Shown here piece after piece: positions 23,698 to 35,857 of a stretch of 64,000 nucleotides of DNA. Position 1 is the first letter of the stretch. Every line of letters begins with the position of its first letter. The stretch covers positions 40,982,001 to 41,046,000 of the forward strand of contig OX597832.1 in the NCBI GenBank assembly GCA_951406725.2. The letters run 5' to 3'. This DNA is from Octopus vulgaris (lineage: Eukaryota). The notes under the pieces were generated by a model. The model searched no databases. It saw only the letters and a list, made by a program, of their open reading frames with translations, and was not told the origin of the DNA. The translations under genes were made by a program, and so were the position numbers.

Positions 23698-24217
23698 CTT
23701 TTATTCTTTTGCTCTTGTACTTGTTTCACTCATTTGATTGTGGTCATGTATAACAAGAAGTAAAATAAATACATAGTGCGTGTGTTTATTTGGCAAGGAA
23801 AAAAAACGATGACCATCCTGTAATACAACAATATCTGTTTCAACACACGATTTCAAATTAGGAATCATGCAAAATAAATCCATAAACATGTGTGTGTAAA
23901 TATGTATATTCAGCACAGCAGAGTTTTATTTCTGCTTTTCTATGTTGGCATAAGTTGGAGTGGTTTTCCAAGCCGGTATTTTAGGACCAGGTGCACTTCA
24001 TGCAAGCTTTAGTCACCACATAGGAAGTTTTGAAGGATGTAATGTCCCAACAGCTAACAACTGATGGGGGTAATTTACTCAATGTGTTTGAGTGTGGTGC
24101 AATATATACTGTACTTCCTATATTAACTTACAGAATATTACTATGTTGTTGGCCTTGCTGTTATGTCAATTGTTATTTTCAAGTGGTATTTATGAGACCA
24201 CGATAATTTCTGTAATA

Positions 24218-24772
24218 TTGGGTTGTCCGGAAAGTTTGTGCCGACTTTTAAAGGAAAGAAAAAGGTCAGTAAATAATTGCCATTACATTTTTAATCAACA
24301 AAATATGAACCATTTTGTTGCACAATGCGTCTCCATCTTTCCTTTAACTTGAAAATACCCTCTTCCCAGAATTGAGCTGGTTTCATGGCAAAGAATTCAT
24401 CAAGGTATCCTTTTTACGTCATCCAAAGAATTGAAATTTTTACCATTAAGACTATTCTGCAGAGACCTGAATAAGCGGAAATCCAAAGGAGCAATATCTG
24501 GTGAATATGGAGGGTGGGGTAACACATCCCAGCCAAGCTGCAGCAATTTTTGTCTGGTTCCCAAAGCATCAAGTGCCGAAAATGAACTTTCTTATCTTCC
24601 ATTTTAAAGGGTTACAGAATTAACACAGGTTATAGGAACATAAATCTTCTTCCACGAAAAGATAGCTTAAACTGTACTCTAAATGGAGGTGAAGTCAAAT
24701 CCTATTTTATGGACTCAACCAAGTCAAAAGGTAAGCTACTATAAATCGGCATGAACTTTCCGGACAACCCAA
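24218..24772 (-). mobile_element. Internally deleted mariner element
   Basis: TIRs ttgggttgtccggaaagtt / aactttccggacaacccaa flanked by TA; transposase N-terminus MEDKKVHFRHLMLWE fused to C-terminus TRQKLLQLGWDVLPHPPYSPDIAPLDFRLFRSLQN...FWEEGIFKLKERWRRIVQQNGSYFVD*. Confidence 0.9.
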
Positions 24773-26054
24773 TATATCACTTAAGCTAGCATTAGTATTG
24801 CATGTTATAAGGTGGTGAGTCAACAGAATCGTTATCACACCAGGCAAAATGCTTACCTGTATTTCATGTGTCTCCACGTTCTGAGTTCAAATTCTGCTGA
24901 GGTCGACTTTGCCTTTCATCCTTTAAGGGTTGACAAAAGTATCAGTTGAGTACTGGGGTTGATGTAACCAATTTAGCCCCTTCCCCAAAACTGCTGGCCT
25001 TGTGCCATAATTTGAAACCATTATTATTGCATGGAATATAAACTAGAATAATGCTGGAATCATTTAAGAGTTAGAGATAACTATGCTCCTGTTATTTGCA
25101 TGGATTATAGATGTGATTCTTAAAGCCCTCTGTCAACGACAGTTGGCCAGTTTCATCTTTTTAATCTTTTACTTGTTTCCATCATTGGATTGTGGCCATG
25201 CTAAGGCACTGCCTTGAAGGGTTTAGTTGAACTAATTGACCCAACTATTTATTATTCTTTTAGGTATAGTACTTATTCAATTGGTCTCATTTGCCAAACC
25301 ACTGAGTTCCAGGGATGTAAACAAACCAACACTACTTGTCCAGCGGTAGTGAGGGACAAACACAAAGACATACATAAATACACACACACACACACACACA
25401 CATAAAGGTTCTGGAAAGGGAGAAAGATGGGGGTTTTCCAACACAGCACTCACTTAATGATCCTTTTTGCTTTTTGTCAATTTGTTTCTTACCTGCCTGG
25501 CACTGGTTCTTTTAATCCATTCCTTATATGTGTGATGTAGATCTTCAAACTAACTGAAGGTGTGTGTGTAAAAGATAGAAAACGTAACCTACATATCAAA
25601 ATATATGTTAAGCGAGCTACTTATTATTAACGAGATATGCAAGTATGATTACTGCGTTCTGTCTTGCGGATGGAGAAACTGTTTACTTTCAAAGAATATT
25701 TGAACAGGAAACATTTTTTGGCCCAGTTTGCCTCCATCTGCCAAATAATTATAAACACATCATCTTAATCACTTTCAACACCATCATCACTATCATTAGC
25801 TGCAACAGCATGGGCACCACCACCTTCATCATCATCACCATCATCATCAGAACTACATTGCCACTATCTTCATCCTCACAATTATCAATCACCACTTAAT
25901 GTTTGTTTTCTTATTTCAAGGTCACTATCAGTTCACCCAAGGGAACTTTATCCCCTAAAAATAGAACAGGTTAAAACAGGATCCACCTTATACAAATTTG
26001 TAATATTTCATAGGGAAATTTGATGGATTAGAGTATTATCACTTCTGTTATTCT

Positions 26055-26300
26055 CTTACTTGTTTCAGTCATTTGACTGTGGCCATGCTAGAGCACCATC
26101 TTTAGTCGGGCAAATCGACCCCGGGACTTATTCTTTGTAAGCCCAGCACTATTTCTATCGGATCTCTCTTGCCGAACCGCTAAGTGACGGGGACGTAAAC
26201 ACACCAGCATTGGTTGTCAAGCGATTTGGTGGGTGGGGGACAAACACAGACACACTAACATATACATACACACACACACACACACATACACACATATATA

Positions 26301-26345
<45 letters not shown>

Positions 26346-26508
26346 GACAGGTTTCTTTCAGTCTCCGTCTACCAAATCCACTCACAAGGCTTTGGTCGGC
26401 CTGAGGCCATAGTAGAAAACACTTGCCCAAGGTGCCACGCAGTGGGACTGAACCCAGAACCATGTGGTTGGTAAGCAAGCCACTTACCACACAGCCACTC
26501 CTGCACCT
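26055..26508 (-). repeat. SINE family A copy
   Basis: Full-length match with an expanded (CA)/(TA) centre. Confidence 0.85.
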
Positions 26509-29500
26509 ATATTTCAAATGAGATGCAATATAAATATGTAAATCAGTTTTTAAAATAATCAAGAATTTGGAAAGATTTAGTAAAAGTAAATAATTTCTTG
26601 TTTATGAAGCTGGTGTCGTGGGCCTGAAGCATGGCAGATTGTGAAGAGGTAACAGAAGAGCTCAACTGAGCCAACAGTGCTTCTTGTATTGATGCTGAGT
26701 GGAGGAATCCTAGAAGACAAAACGGTCAGGATCACCATGCTCTATCAAGAGAGTAACTGCAATGCATCCGTAGGGATGGCCTCCATGGTTGTGTAATCAG
26801 CTAACGAAAGATTCATTATGACTGGAGCTCTCGATTTAAATTTGGGGAAGGAATTTCAACCGTGTTTCGTGGTCTGCTACCACAACAGCTCCTTTATAGG
26901 ATCCAGTTAGCTGAAGACATCATCAGGAAGAACCACATCTGGTTTCAGCCCCTACTCCTCTACTGTTTTGATGTGGCAGGACCCCCCCCCTCTTTTGGAG
27001 TTGTCTTCAGCTCTGGTGTTGGGTGCATGTCTTCTTTCTTCTGTTTCCTGGCCTCTTTGATGTAGCATCAACGAGTGCCAGCCGGTGACTGACTGTCTTG
27101 TCAAATTTCCCCTTTAAATACCTGCTGCTAGGCTCCAGCTGGCAGCTCCAGCAAGTTGTCACATGACACTGTCTCAACTTTAACTGACCAATGAAGGCAC
27201 GTAGTCTTAGCCTACACATTCTCTAAACGAGACCGTCACCCATCAATCAGCGAAGCTAACTCAGTGCCAGCTTGTCTCACCTAGTGCTGGAATTGGCATG
27301 GCAACAGAGAGTCATGGGAATCCACAAAAGCAGCAAAACAGAAAGAAAGCTGCTGTTTACAATATAACTGAACAAAAATGTTCTTAACTTAAAACGATGA
27401 TGGAAGGTTTTCGCATGTAAGTATAAATGATAAAACAGATGGTTTTGTGCTATAAAACCTGAAGAGATCTTGGGTAGGTGGGTGGCTGGTTGGTCTCAAA
27501 GCGTTCAAATTGTAATATTTTCTCGCAGTTATAGCATTAAAAAATCATGCTGTTTTGTGAAGAAATTAACTCAAGTGTTTATCTAAGTTACTGTGTGGTC
27601 TGTGATGCTAAGGGAGGTTAAGTAGAAGGTGTGGGGAACTTAGTGTGTATAGAGATTTCCGTTATTTGAAATGATTAGAGGATGTACTTGTTGAAAAATT
27701 ATTCCAAAGAGACCAGCTGTGGCCAGTATACAGGATGTAAACTGTAAATTTGCATAAATATTTGTGTATAGAATAAATCTGAGTTTGAGATGTTTAAAGG
27801 AGATCAATGTGGTTCTAACAATGCCAGCGTGTAACTAAAATGGTCGCAGTGGACTCTGCTGGGTGGTTGGTATTAGGAAAGGTATCCAGCCATATAAACC
27901 ATGCCAAAACATACACAGAAGTCTGGTGCCTAGCCAGCTCCTGTCAAACTGTCCAACCCATTCTAGCATGCAAGACAGATGTTAAATAAGGATGATGATA
28001 TATATATATATATATTTGAAGGCGGCGAGCTGGCAGAATTGTTAGCATGCCGTAGGAAATACTTAATGGTATTTCATCCATCTTTACGTTCTGAGTTCAA
28101 ATTCCACCTTGGATGACTTTGCCTTTCATCCTTTCAGGGTCGGTAAAATAAGTACCAGTTGAGTACTGGGGTCGATGTAATCAGCTTACCCACTCCCCCG
28201 AAATTGCTGGCCTGATGCCAAAATTTGAGATCAATATTACATCTAATATTTGGATGTTTCTAAAAAATAAGTGCAAACAGTATCAGTTTGAATATAGATC
28301 TCGTTATGTTAAGATGTAATGAACTGGGAAACAACTTTATACCAGTAAAACATATCTCTGTATATCACAATTTATGGAGCAAGATTTTCTACAGCCTTCA
28401 ACCATCACCTGCTTCCAAGCAAGGTAATATTTCCTCATAGCCAGACATGTTCTCACAGAATATTGGAAATGAAGGACTGCCTGTATGACAGTGGCAATTA
28501 TTTTTTTAACAACACAGCACTTTTCTTGCAAATAATAGTTTCCCAAATTCCATTTTACATCATAAGGAAACACTCATGGGTTGCCTGCAATCTATGAACC
28601 TGTAGTGATGCCATTTCGGAAGTCTTCAGCTCACATGTGCAGAGTTGGATTTCTTCCAGGAGGCCGCCAGAAGTTCCCTCATGTGCAGAGAACTAGCAAC
28701 AACAAGATTTCTCGCTGTATCGATCTCTCTCTTGAAGCTGACACCGAATTGAACAGACGCATCCTCACGGCTCTCCCAAGCAAGCCAATGTGTGGCGAAG
28801 CTACACCATGCTTGTTCGAGACAGCATTTGGCTCACACAATTTAACTACTGCGGCTAGCTCCATGGCCCATGGCTACCGGTTCACCCTGAAGGAAATATA
28901 TATATCATCATCATCTTCATTTAGCGCCCGCTTTCCATGCTAGCATGGGTTGGACGGTTCAACTGGGATCTGGGAAGCCAGAAGGCTGCACCAGGCCCAG
29001 TCTGATCTGGCAATGTTTCTACAGCTGGATGCCCTTCCTAACGCCAACCACTCCGTGAGTGTAGTGGGTGCATTTTAGGTGCCACCAGCACAGGTGCCAG
29101 ATGGGGCTGGCAAACGGCCACAGTCGGATGGTGCTTTTTACGTGCCACCGGCACGGGGGCCAGGTAAGGCTGGCAACAGCCACGATCGGATGGTGCTTTT
29201 TACGTTCCACCGGCACGGAGGCCCATCCAGAAAAATAAATATTATTTATGCTGTTGAAGATATTCGAAGTCTTGGTTTTCCTTCGACAAATAATTTAATG
29301 TAACAGGATGAGACCTGCAACAACTTGAGTGTTCCAGACCTTTCATCTTTGTTACAAACCTCTGGAGATTAGGAAAAATATGTAAAACAATAATGTGCAG
29401 TTAAGGAGCAGATGTGGCTGTGTGGTTAAGAAGCTTGATTTCCAACCATGTGGTTGTAGGTTCAGTCTTGCTGTATGGCACTTGAACAAGTGTCTTTTAC

Positions 29501-30181
29501 TATAGCCTCAGGCCAACCAAAGCTTTGTGAGTAGATGTGGTAGACAGAAACTGAAAGAAGTCTGGCATATATCATATTATCATCATCATTTAGTGTCTGC
29601 CTTCAATGCTGGCACAGGTTGGACAGTTTGACAGGAGCAGGTCAAGCTACTGTATCTGTTTTGGCATGGTTTTTACAGTTGGATGCCCTTCCTAACACCA
29701 ACCATCCCACAGAGTGGACCAAGTATATGTGCATGTATGTATGTACATATATACATACATATGTATGTTTGTGTATACACTTATCTAGACATCATGTGAT
29801 ATTTATAAATGAGCATCATCGTTATAACAGGTGAAGTTGTTTGTTTCCAATCTTCCATGAAAGACGTATCCAGATATTGGAAAATATTACCTTGCTTTAA
29901 AACAAGTGAGGGTTGGCAACGGGAAGGGCATCCAGCCGTAATAGAATCTTCCTCAACAAATTCTATTTGACTCATTCAAGCTCAGAACCTTATTTCTTTA
30001 TCATTTCTTTTTAATGACATATCTCCTATTTTGCAAGCAACATTGTGTCCCTAGATCATCTTGGGTCACAAGGAACCCCAATCAGTTGGCATGCAGCCTG
30101 AGGGGCTCTAGTAGGTTACAGGGAGTATCAAGTAGATTCTGTAACATTTGACAGGGAATCTCTTCCACCACAGACATTTAA

Positions 30182-30400
30182 CCCTTTAGTGTTCAGATTA
30201 TTCTATCAAACGTAATGCTTATTGATTCCTATTGATTTCAATTAGTCATGCATTATCTCATATCTTCAAGATCTTGATGATGTAATTACTTAATGTAGAA
30301 TGACATTGTGGGGTAGGTGTGAGGGCCTGGATCTGGTCAGTTTGAACATAAAACAGATTAACTATTTTGGCCGGATATGGCCGGTTTAAATACTAAAAGG
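30182..30400. mobile_element. piggyBac-like MITE family 1
   Basis: TTAA on both sides; ends ccctttagt / actaaaagg; decayed relatives near 9175-9365 and 32897-33087. Confidence 0.65.
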
Positions 30401-31312
30401 TTAAGGGAGAGGTGTGATATTTTGTGGGGGGGGGTTCTTGTGGAGTTGGGTGGAGGACTATGTTATTTCCCTGTGTTTGGTTATTTAGTGTTATTTTTAT
30501 TGTTGAAGCTAAAAGAAAGATGTACCTGATTTATTAAACCTGCTGTGTCATAGACATGGAATGTAATCACTAAAACTCAGAGATGAATTTATGTGGTTTA
30601 TATCAGATAAAAGCAAAGTTATTCATAGTAAAAACAAATCCTATATTCTACAACCATAACTCAGAAATATGAATATTCATGATAAAGATAAATAGAATTT
30701 TTTTTTTTTCCATTTATTTTTGCATTCCAGTACATAGTCCATTGGTTTGCTGTGTGTGTGTGTGAGTATAAGTGAAAGAGTGAGTAAACAAAAGTGAGAG
30801 AGTGAGTATATGTTTGTGTGTGAGTGTGAGAAAGGTGGGGATGAAAGTGACAGAGATTTAGTGATTGTGGGTCTGTGTGTCTGTGTTTGTATGAGTAGAA
30901 AAGAGTGAGTCAAAGTGAGTGTCTGTGTGACACGTGTTCAAAGCCAGCTTGGTCTATTTTGCTAATGACAATCTGAAGTCTTTATGTATATATTATTATT
31001 ATTATTATAATTAACTGACTGCAATTAAGTGGGACATACAGACAGACTGGCAGACACGCTGACAAAGAATTAGAGGAAGAGATTGACAAGAGTCTTAAGA
31101 AAGATGATTGTTTGAAATCAGCGAAAATATTTACGTCACTTCCAGAAGTAAACTCGTTTTTGTTTTAGTAAATTAGTCCAAGGAGTAAAACAATGACTGT
31201 TGATAATTGTGGTCCCCTTCCAGCCCCAGCCCTACCCCCAGATAACTGACATTAAAGGTTGCTCAACTTGATCGCATACACAAGTAAAACAAATGCCTGC
31301 ATCAGTGAACTC

Positions 31313-31723
31313 AAATCTTTTCGGTTTGAACGGCAGTTTTTTCTAGCGGTGTCATATGAAATTGTCACCCATAATTATGACCCTAGTATCGATCTATTGT
31401 ATTTCAATCTGTTTTAGGGTTAGGGGTGGGGGAAAGGGTATCTTTTTTTTCTTCAGAAATGTAAATAAACCCAATCTGTTTCTTAAACAAGGGACATATT
31501 CATACAGCACAGAATGTTTTTTACCTCAATAGACGTCAGTGATTGATTGAAATTGCAGAAATTGAAGAAAAAAACAACAAATATCTTACAAACTATAGAA
31601 TTTTCTCAATAAAGCCAAGTGAAAAAGATGTTTTATAAATACATTCTACCAGTATACGAAGTTTAAAATTTTTTAGTCACCTAGAAATTATGTTAAAAAT
31701 TGCCGTTCAAACCGAAAAGTTCC
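31313..31723. mobile_element. MITE with 8-bp TSD (Merlin- or hAT-like)
   Basis: gtgaactc duplicated at 31305-31312 and 31724-31731; TIR core cttttcggtttgaacggca / tgccgttcaaaccgaaaag. Confidence 0.8.
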
Positions 31724-32388
31724 GTGAACTCCACTGGAAGCGTCCATGAAAGAGTTTGTGGTGTTGAACTGGATTGTTCAACACTATAATCCTATGAGGA
31801 TGTTTCAGTGTAGTAACTTTGAGGTTAAATTGCCCTCAATAAATTATCTCTGTAAGGGGGCAAGCTGGGAGAAATGCTTAACGGTATTTCGTCTGTCATT
31901 ACATTCTGAGTTCAAATTCCGCCGAGGTCAACTTTGCCTTTCATCCTTTCGGGATCGATTAAATAAGTACCAGTTACGCACTGGGGTCGATATAATCGAC
32001 TTAATCCATTTGTCTGTCCTCTCTGTGTTTAGCCCCTTGTGGGTAGTAAAGAAATAGGTATTTCATCTGTCTTTACGTTCTGAGTTCAAATTCCGCCGAG
32101 GTCAACTTTGTCTTTCATCCCTTTGGGGTCGATAAATTAAGTACCAGTTACATACTGGGGTCGATCTAATTGACTGGCTTCCTCCCCAAAAATTTCAGGC
32201 CTTGTGCCTATAGTAGAAAAGAATAAATTATCTCTGTTACCAACAAAGAACTTCTGTGTGTGTGTGTGTGTGTGTGTGTGTTACATGGCCTCGTGGTTAG
32301 GGTGTTGGGTACATGATCATAAAATGGTGGTTCCCAATTCCCAGACCACTGGCGCATTGTGTTGAACAAAGTACTTCATTTCGTGTCC

Positions 32389-32424
32389 CTTTCTGTAGAA
32401 GAGCGTAGGCTCGAAACGTAAAAG
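32389..32424 (+). ncRNA. Hammerhead-like motif with A6U core variant, at the head of a dispersed repeat (32389 to about 32520)
   Basis: CUUU CUGUAGA a GAGC-guag-GCUC GAA ACGU A AAAG; decayed homologues at about 21584-21700 and 22264-22370. Confidence 0.5.
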
Positions 32425-34013
32425 ACTTTTTCTATTCCTAAGCATTATACTAATACATCTGTTTGTTTTGTACACCACCTGTCTTCGTCTTTTGTTTTTT
32501 TCGTAAACTCTCCCTTTATATATATATGCATGTATGTATACACACACACACACATATATATACATGTGCGTTTGTGTGTACCCTTCTCTTGACAGCGCAG
32601 TATTACATGATAGTTGTAAAGAAGCATTTACTGCCCTACAAACAATGTTTTTTCATTTCCAGTCTTCTTTGGAAAACATGTCTGGCCATGGAGAGAAATA
32701 TTACTTTGCTTGGAAACTCATAGAATGGTGACAGGAAGGAACATCTGCCCATAGAAAATCTGCCTCAACAAATGCATGGAAAACTGGACATTAAATGATG
32801 ATGATGATGACCCAGTTTGCTTGAACTTCAGTTCGTAACAGTATGTCTGCCAGTGTTATTTTTATTTATCGTTGAATTCGTGCTTTGATATTTGATTTAA
32901 CCTTTTAGCATCCAAATTTGCTCTGTCAAATGTTATGCTTATTTATTCACATTGTTTTGAATTAATTAGGCATCATCTATTTTTAGAACGATTTCATAGA
33001 GTCTGCGTGAGAGGCCTTATCTGGCCTGTTTTGAGCATAAAACTGTTAGAATATTTTGAAAGGATATGGCCAGCTTAAATGCTGAAGACCTGAGTTATTA
33101 TTACTTGGGCAAAGGTGGCGAGCTGGCAGAAACGTTAGCACGCCGGGCGAAATGCATAGCCGTATTTCGTCTGTCGTTACGTTCCGAGTTCAAATTCATC
33201 CAGATCTTTATATCCCAAGTTCAAACCCCACCAAAGAGAAGTTTCTTTCCTCCTTATGGGGTCAATGCCAATGCTGCCTTGACTGGTTTCCATGCCGGTG
33301 GCATGTAAAAAGCACCAACCAATCGTGGCCGTTGCCAGCCTCCCCTGGCACCTGTGCCGGTGACACATAAAAAGCACCCACTACACTCACTGAGTGGTTG
33401 GCATTAGGAAGGGCATCCAGCTGTAGAAACACTACCAGATCAGACTGGAGCAGCCTCCTGGCTTCCCAGACTCCGGTGGAACTGTCCAACCCATGCTAGC
33501 ATGGAAAACGGGCGTTAAACGATGATTATTATTATTATTACTATTAGTCAAGTCTAGATGTGTAAGGAATTAAAACAGATAATTGGTGGTGCTGGTGCTG
33601 GTGTTATTGCATTGTGAATTCCACAGCAGTTTACTCAGTGTTCCACCCATGTAAGGAATTAATTTAATGTAATGGAATGGAAGGGGGACCAGAACATTTC
33701 TCAGTCGTCTCCCATCACCCTCCCATACACTGGAACTCTTCTTATCTTCTTAATTATTCATACCAGTTTCCACCACCACCTTCACCACCGCCATCCCTAC
33801 CATCAACATCAATATTATAACTTCACTTATATTAGTCTGCATTCCTATCTTAGACCTCACCTGTGTGACTTCACCTCTGTCATCATCATCATCTACCTGC
33901 TGTTGCAAATCTCCCTAGGTCTGTCCCACCTCCACCACAAATACCCTTTACATCCAACCTCTGTGTTACCAGTTGATTCTAATTCACTCTAAATTCTTCT
34001 TTGGTTATTACTT

Positions 34014-34455
34014 ATAATAATAATAATGAAATTATTGTATACAGTGCTCAGGTGCACCACAACTTGTCAAAAGTGTGTATAAAGCATATTCAGTAATGTA
34101 GAAATGTCTGGAAAGCGAACAGTGTATATGAGTCAGATACATGCTTGCTTGTGTGTATGGAGGGGAGAAAATCAGGTGTAGTGTTGACGAATCTCAGAAA
34201 GCATGGAAGTTTTGAAGGATGCAGTGCTCCGACAACTAACAACTGATGCTGGCAGTTTGTTCCATGCTTCAGCAACTCTTAGTGTGAAAAAATGTTTCCT
34301 AAAGTCATGGGAGCTGTGCTGTTTTCTGACTTTGTAAACATGTCCACGGGTGTTAGACGGGTGGAATTTGAAAAGGTGCTCAGAGTTATTGTTTGTAAGA
34401 TGGTTGATAATTTTATGGGTATCTGCCAAGTCAGCTGCCAGACGTTGGAGTTTCA
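34014..34455 (-). mobile_element. CR1-clade LINE 3' end, same family as 59860
   Basis: LKLQRLAADLADTHKIINHLTNNNSEHLFKFHPSNTRGHVYKVRKQHSSHDFRKHFFTLRVAEAWNKLP; same 3' stem-loop and (ATT)n tail. Confidence 0.9.
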
Positions 34456-35857
34456 ATTGTATTCCTACCTTCACGTACCTTTAGCAAGTTCTTAGGTCCA
34501 TCAAATTAACTGTACCCCTTTTCATCAATATCTCATTACTGTCAGAAATTTGGCACTATCATCCCGAGTTCAAATCCTACCAAAATCCACTTAGGCTTTC
34601 AATCTTTTAAGGATCAATAAAATAAGTACCAGTTGAACACTGGGGTCAATGTAATTGGTTTAGCCCTTCCACTAAAATTTCTGGCCTTGTGCTTCTGGGT
34701 GCTGTGCTACATAACATACAATGGTGCTGGTACCATGTGAAAAGCACCCAGTGCACTTCTGTAGAGTGGTTTGCATTAGGAAGGGCATCCAGCTGTAGAA
34801 ACCAAGCCAAAACAGACTATGGGGGGTGGTGCAGCCCCTGGCCTTGTTAGTTCCTGTCAAGCCATCTAACCCATGCCGGCATGGAAAACAGACATTAAAT
34901 GTTGATGATGATGATTATCATTGAGTTTAACTCCTGCTGAAGTTAACTTTGCTTTTCATCTTTCTGAGGTCAATAAAATAAAGTATTAGTAAGTTAATTG
35001 AATAATCCATCCCCCAAATGTTTAGTGGATTTTCTTCTTCCTCTTTATGTTCTGAGTTCAAATCCTGCCAAGGTCAACTTAGTCTTTCAATCCTTTCACT
35101 GGAGGCCAATGTAATCAACGTGCCACCTTCCCTCAAAATTGCAGACTTTGTGCCAAAAGCAGGAAGAATTACTATCATAACATGGCCTTTGGATCAGCAG
35201 AATCATTAGAGTGTTGGACAAAATGTTTTGTAGGATCTGATTACATTGTTTTCGCATTTCTGAGTTCAAATCCCAGAGAGGTTTGCTCTACCTTTTATCT
35301 GATACAAGTTATTCACCACAGAAATAACAGATGTACTGTGTTTATTTAATATAGTTTTACATGTATTTCATATTTTCTAACCCCCATTTGCCAATATTAG
35401 GTGTTCAAGCTTTAGGGGATTATCAAACTTAGAATTTTTAAGGAGTATAAAGTTATAATATATAAGAAGGAAGGATAAGATTATTATCATCGTCGTTTTA
35501 TATCTGATTTCTGTACTTGCATAAGTTGGGTGGATTGTCTTAGTCTGAGTCAGTTCTTATTGCAAGTTACTTCCTTTCTCTGTGTGTGTGTGTGTAAATA
35601 TCTAAATAATTAATTGTAACAGAAACAACCATGGGTCCTTATCAAAGTTTCTCTCAAAGTAAATAATGCAGTAATCTGTATTCTATCACAACCTCCACGC
35701 TAAGTTGGAGATCAATATTACACACACACACACACACACACATGCATATACACACACATGCATATGCATACACACACACACATGCATACACATACACACA
35801 CATGCATATACACACACACATACACACATACACACGCATACACACACACACCACACA

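Noticed and set aside
23333-23753. YICVY/HTHIY-type ORFs (also 35654-36065, 43342-43802)
   Set aside because: Translations of (TA)/(TG) dinucleotide tracts.
28600-28635. CUGAAGA-cuucc-GAAA-uggcAUC on the - strand
   Set aside because: No stem II or stem I pairing; chance match. The surrounding block may be an RTE remnant (SLEADTELNRRI) but is too weak to call.
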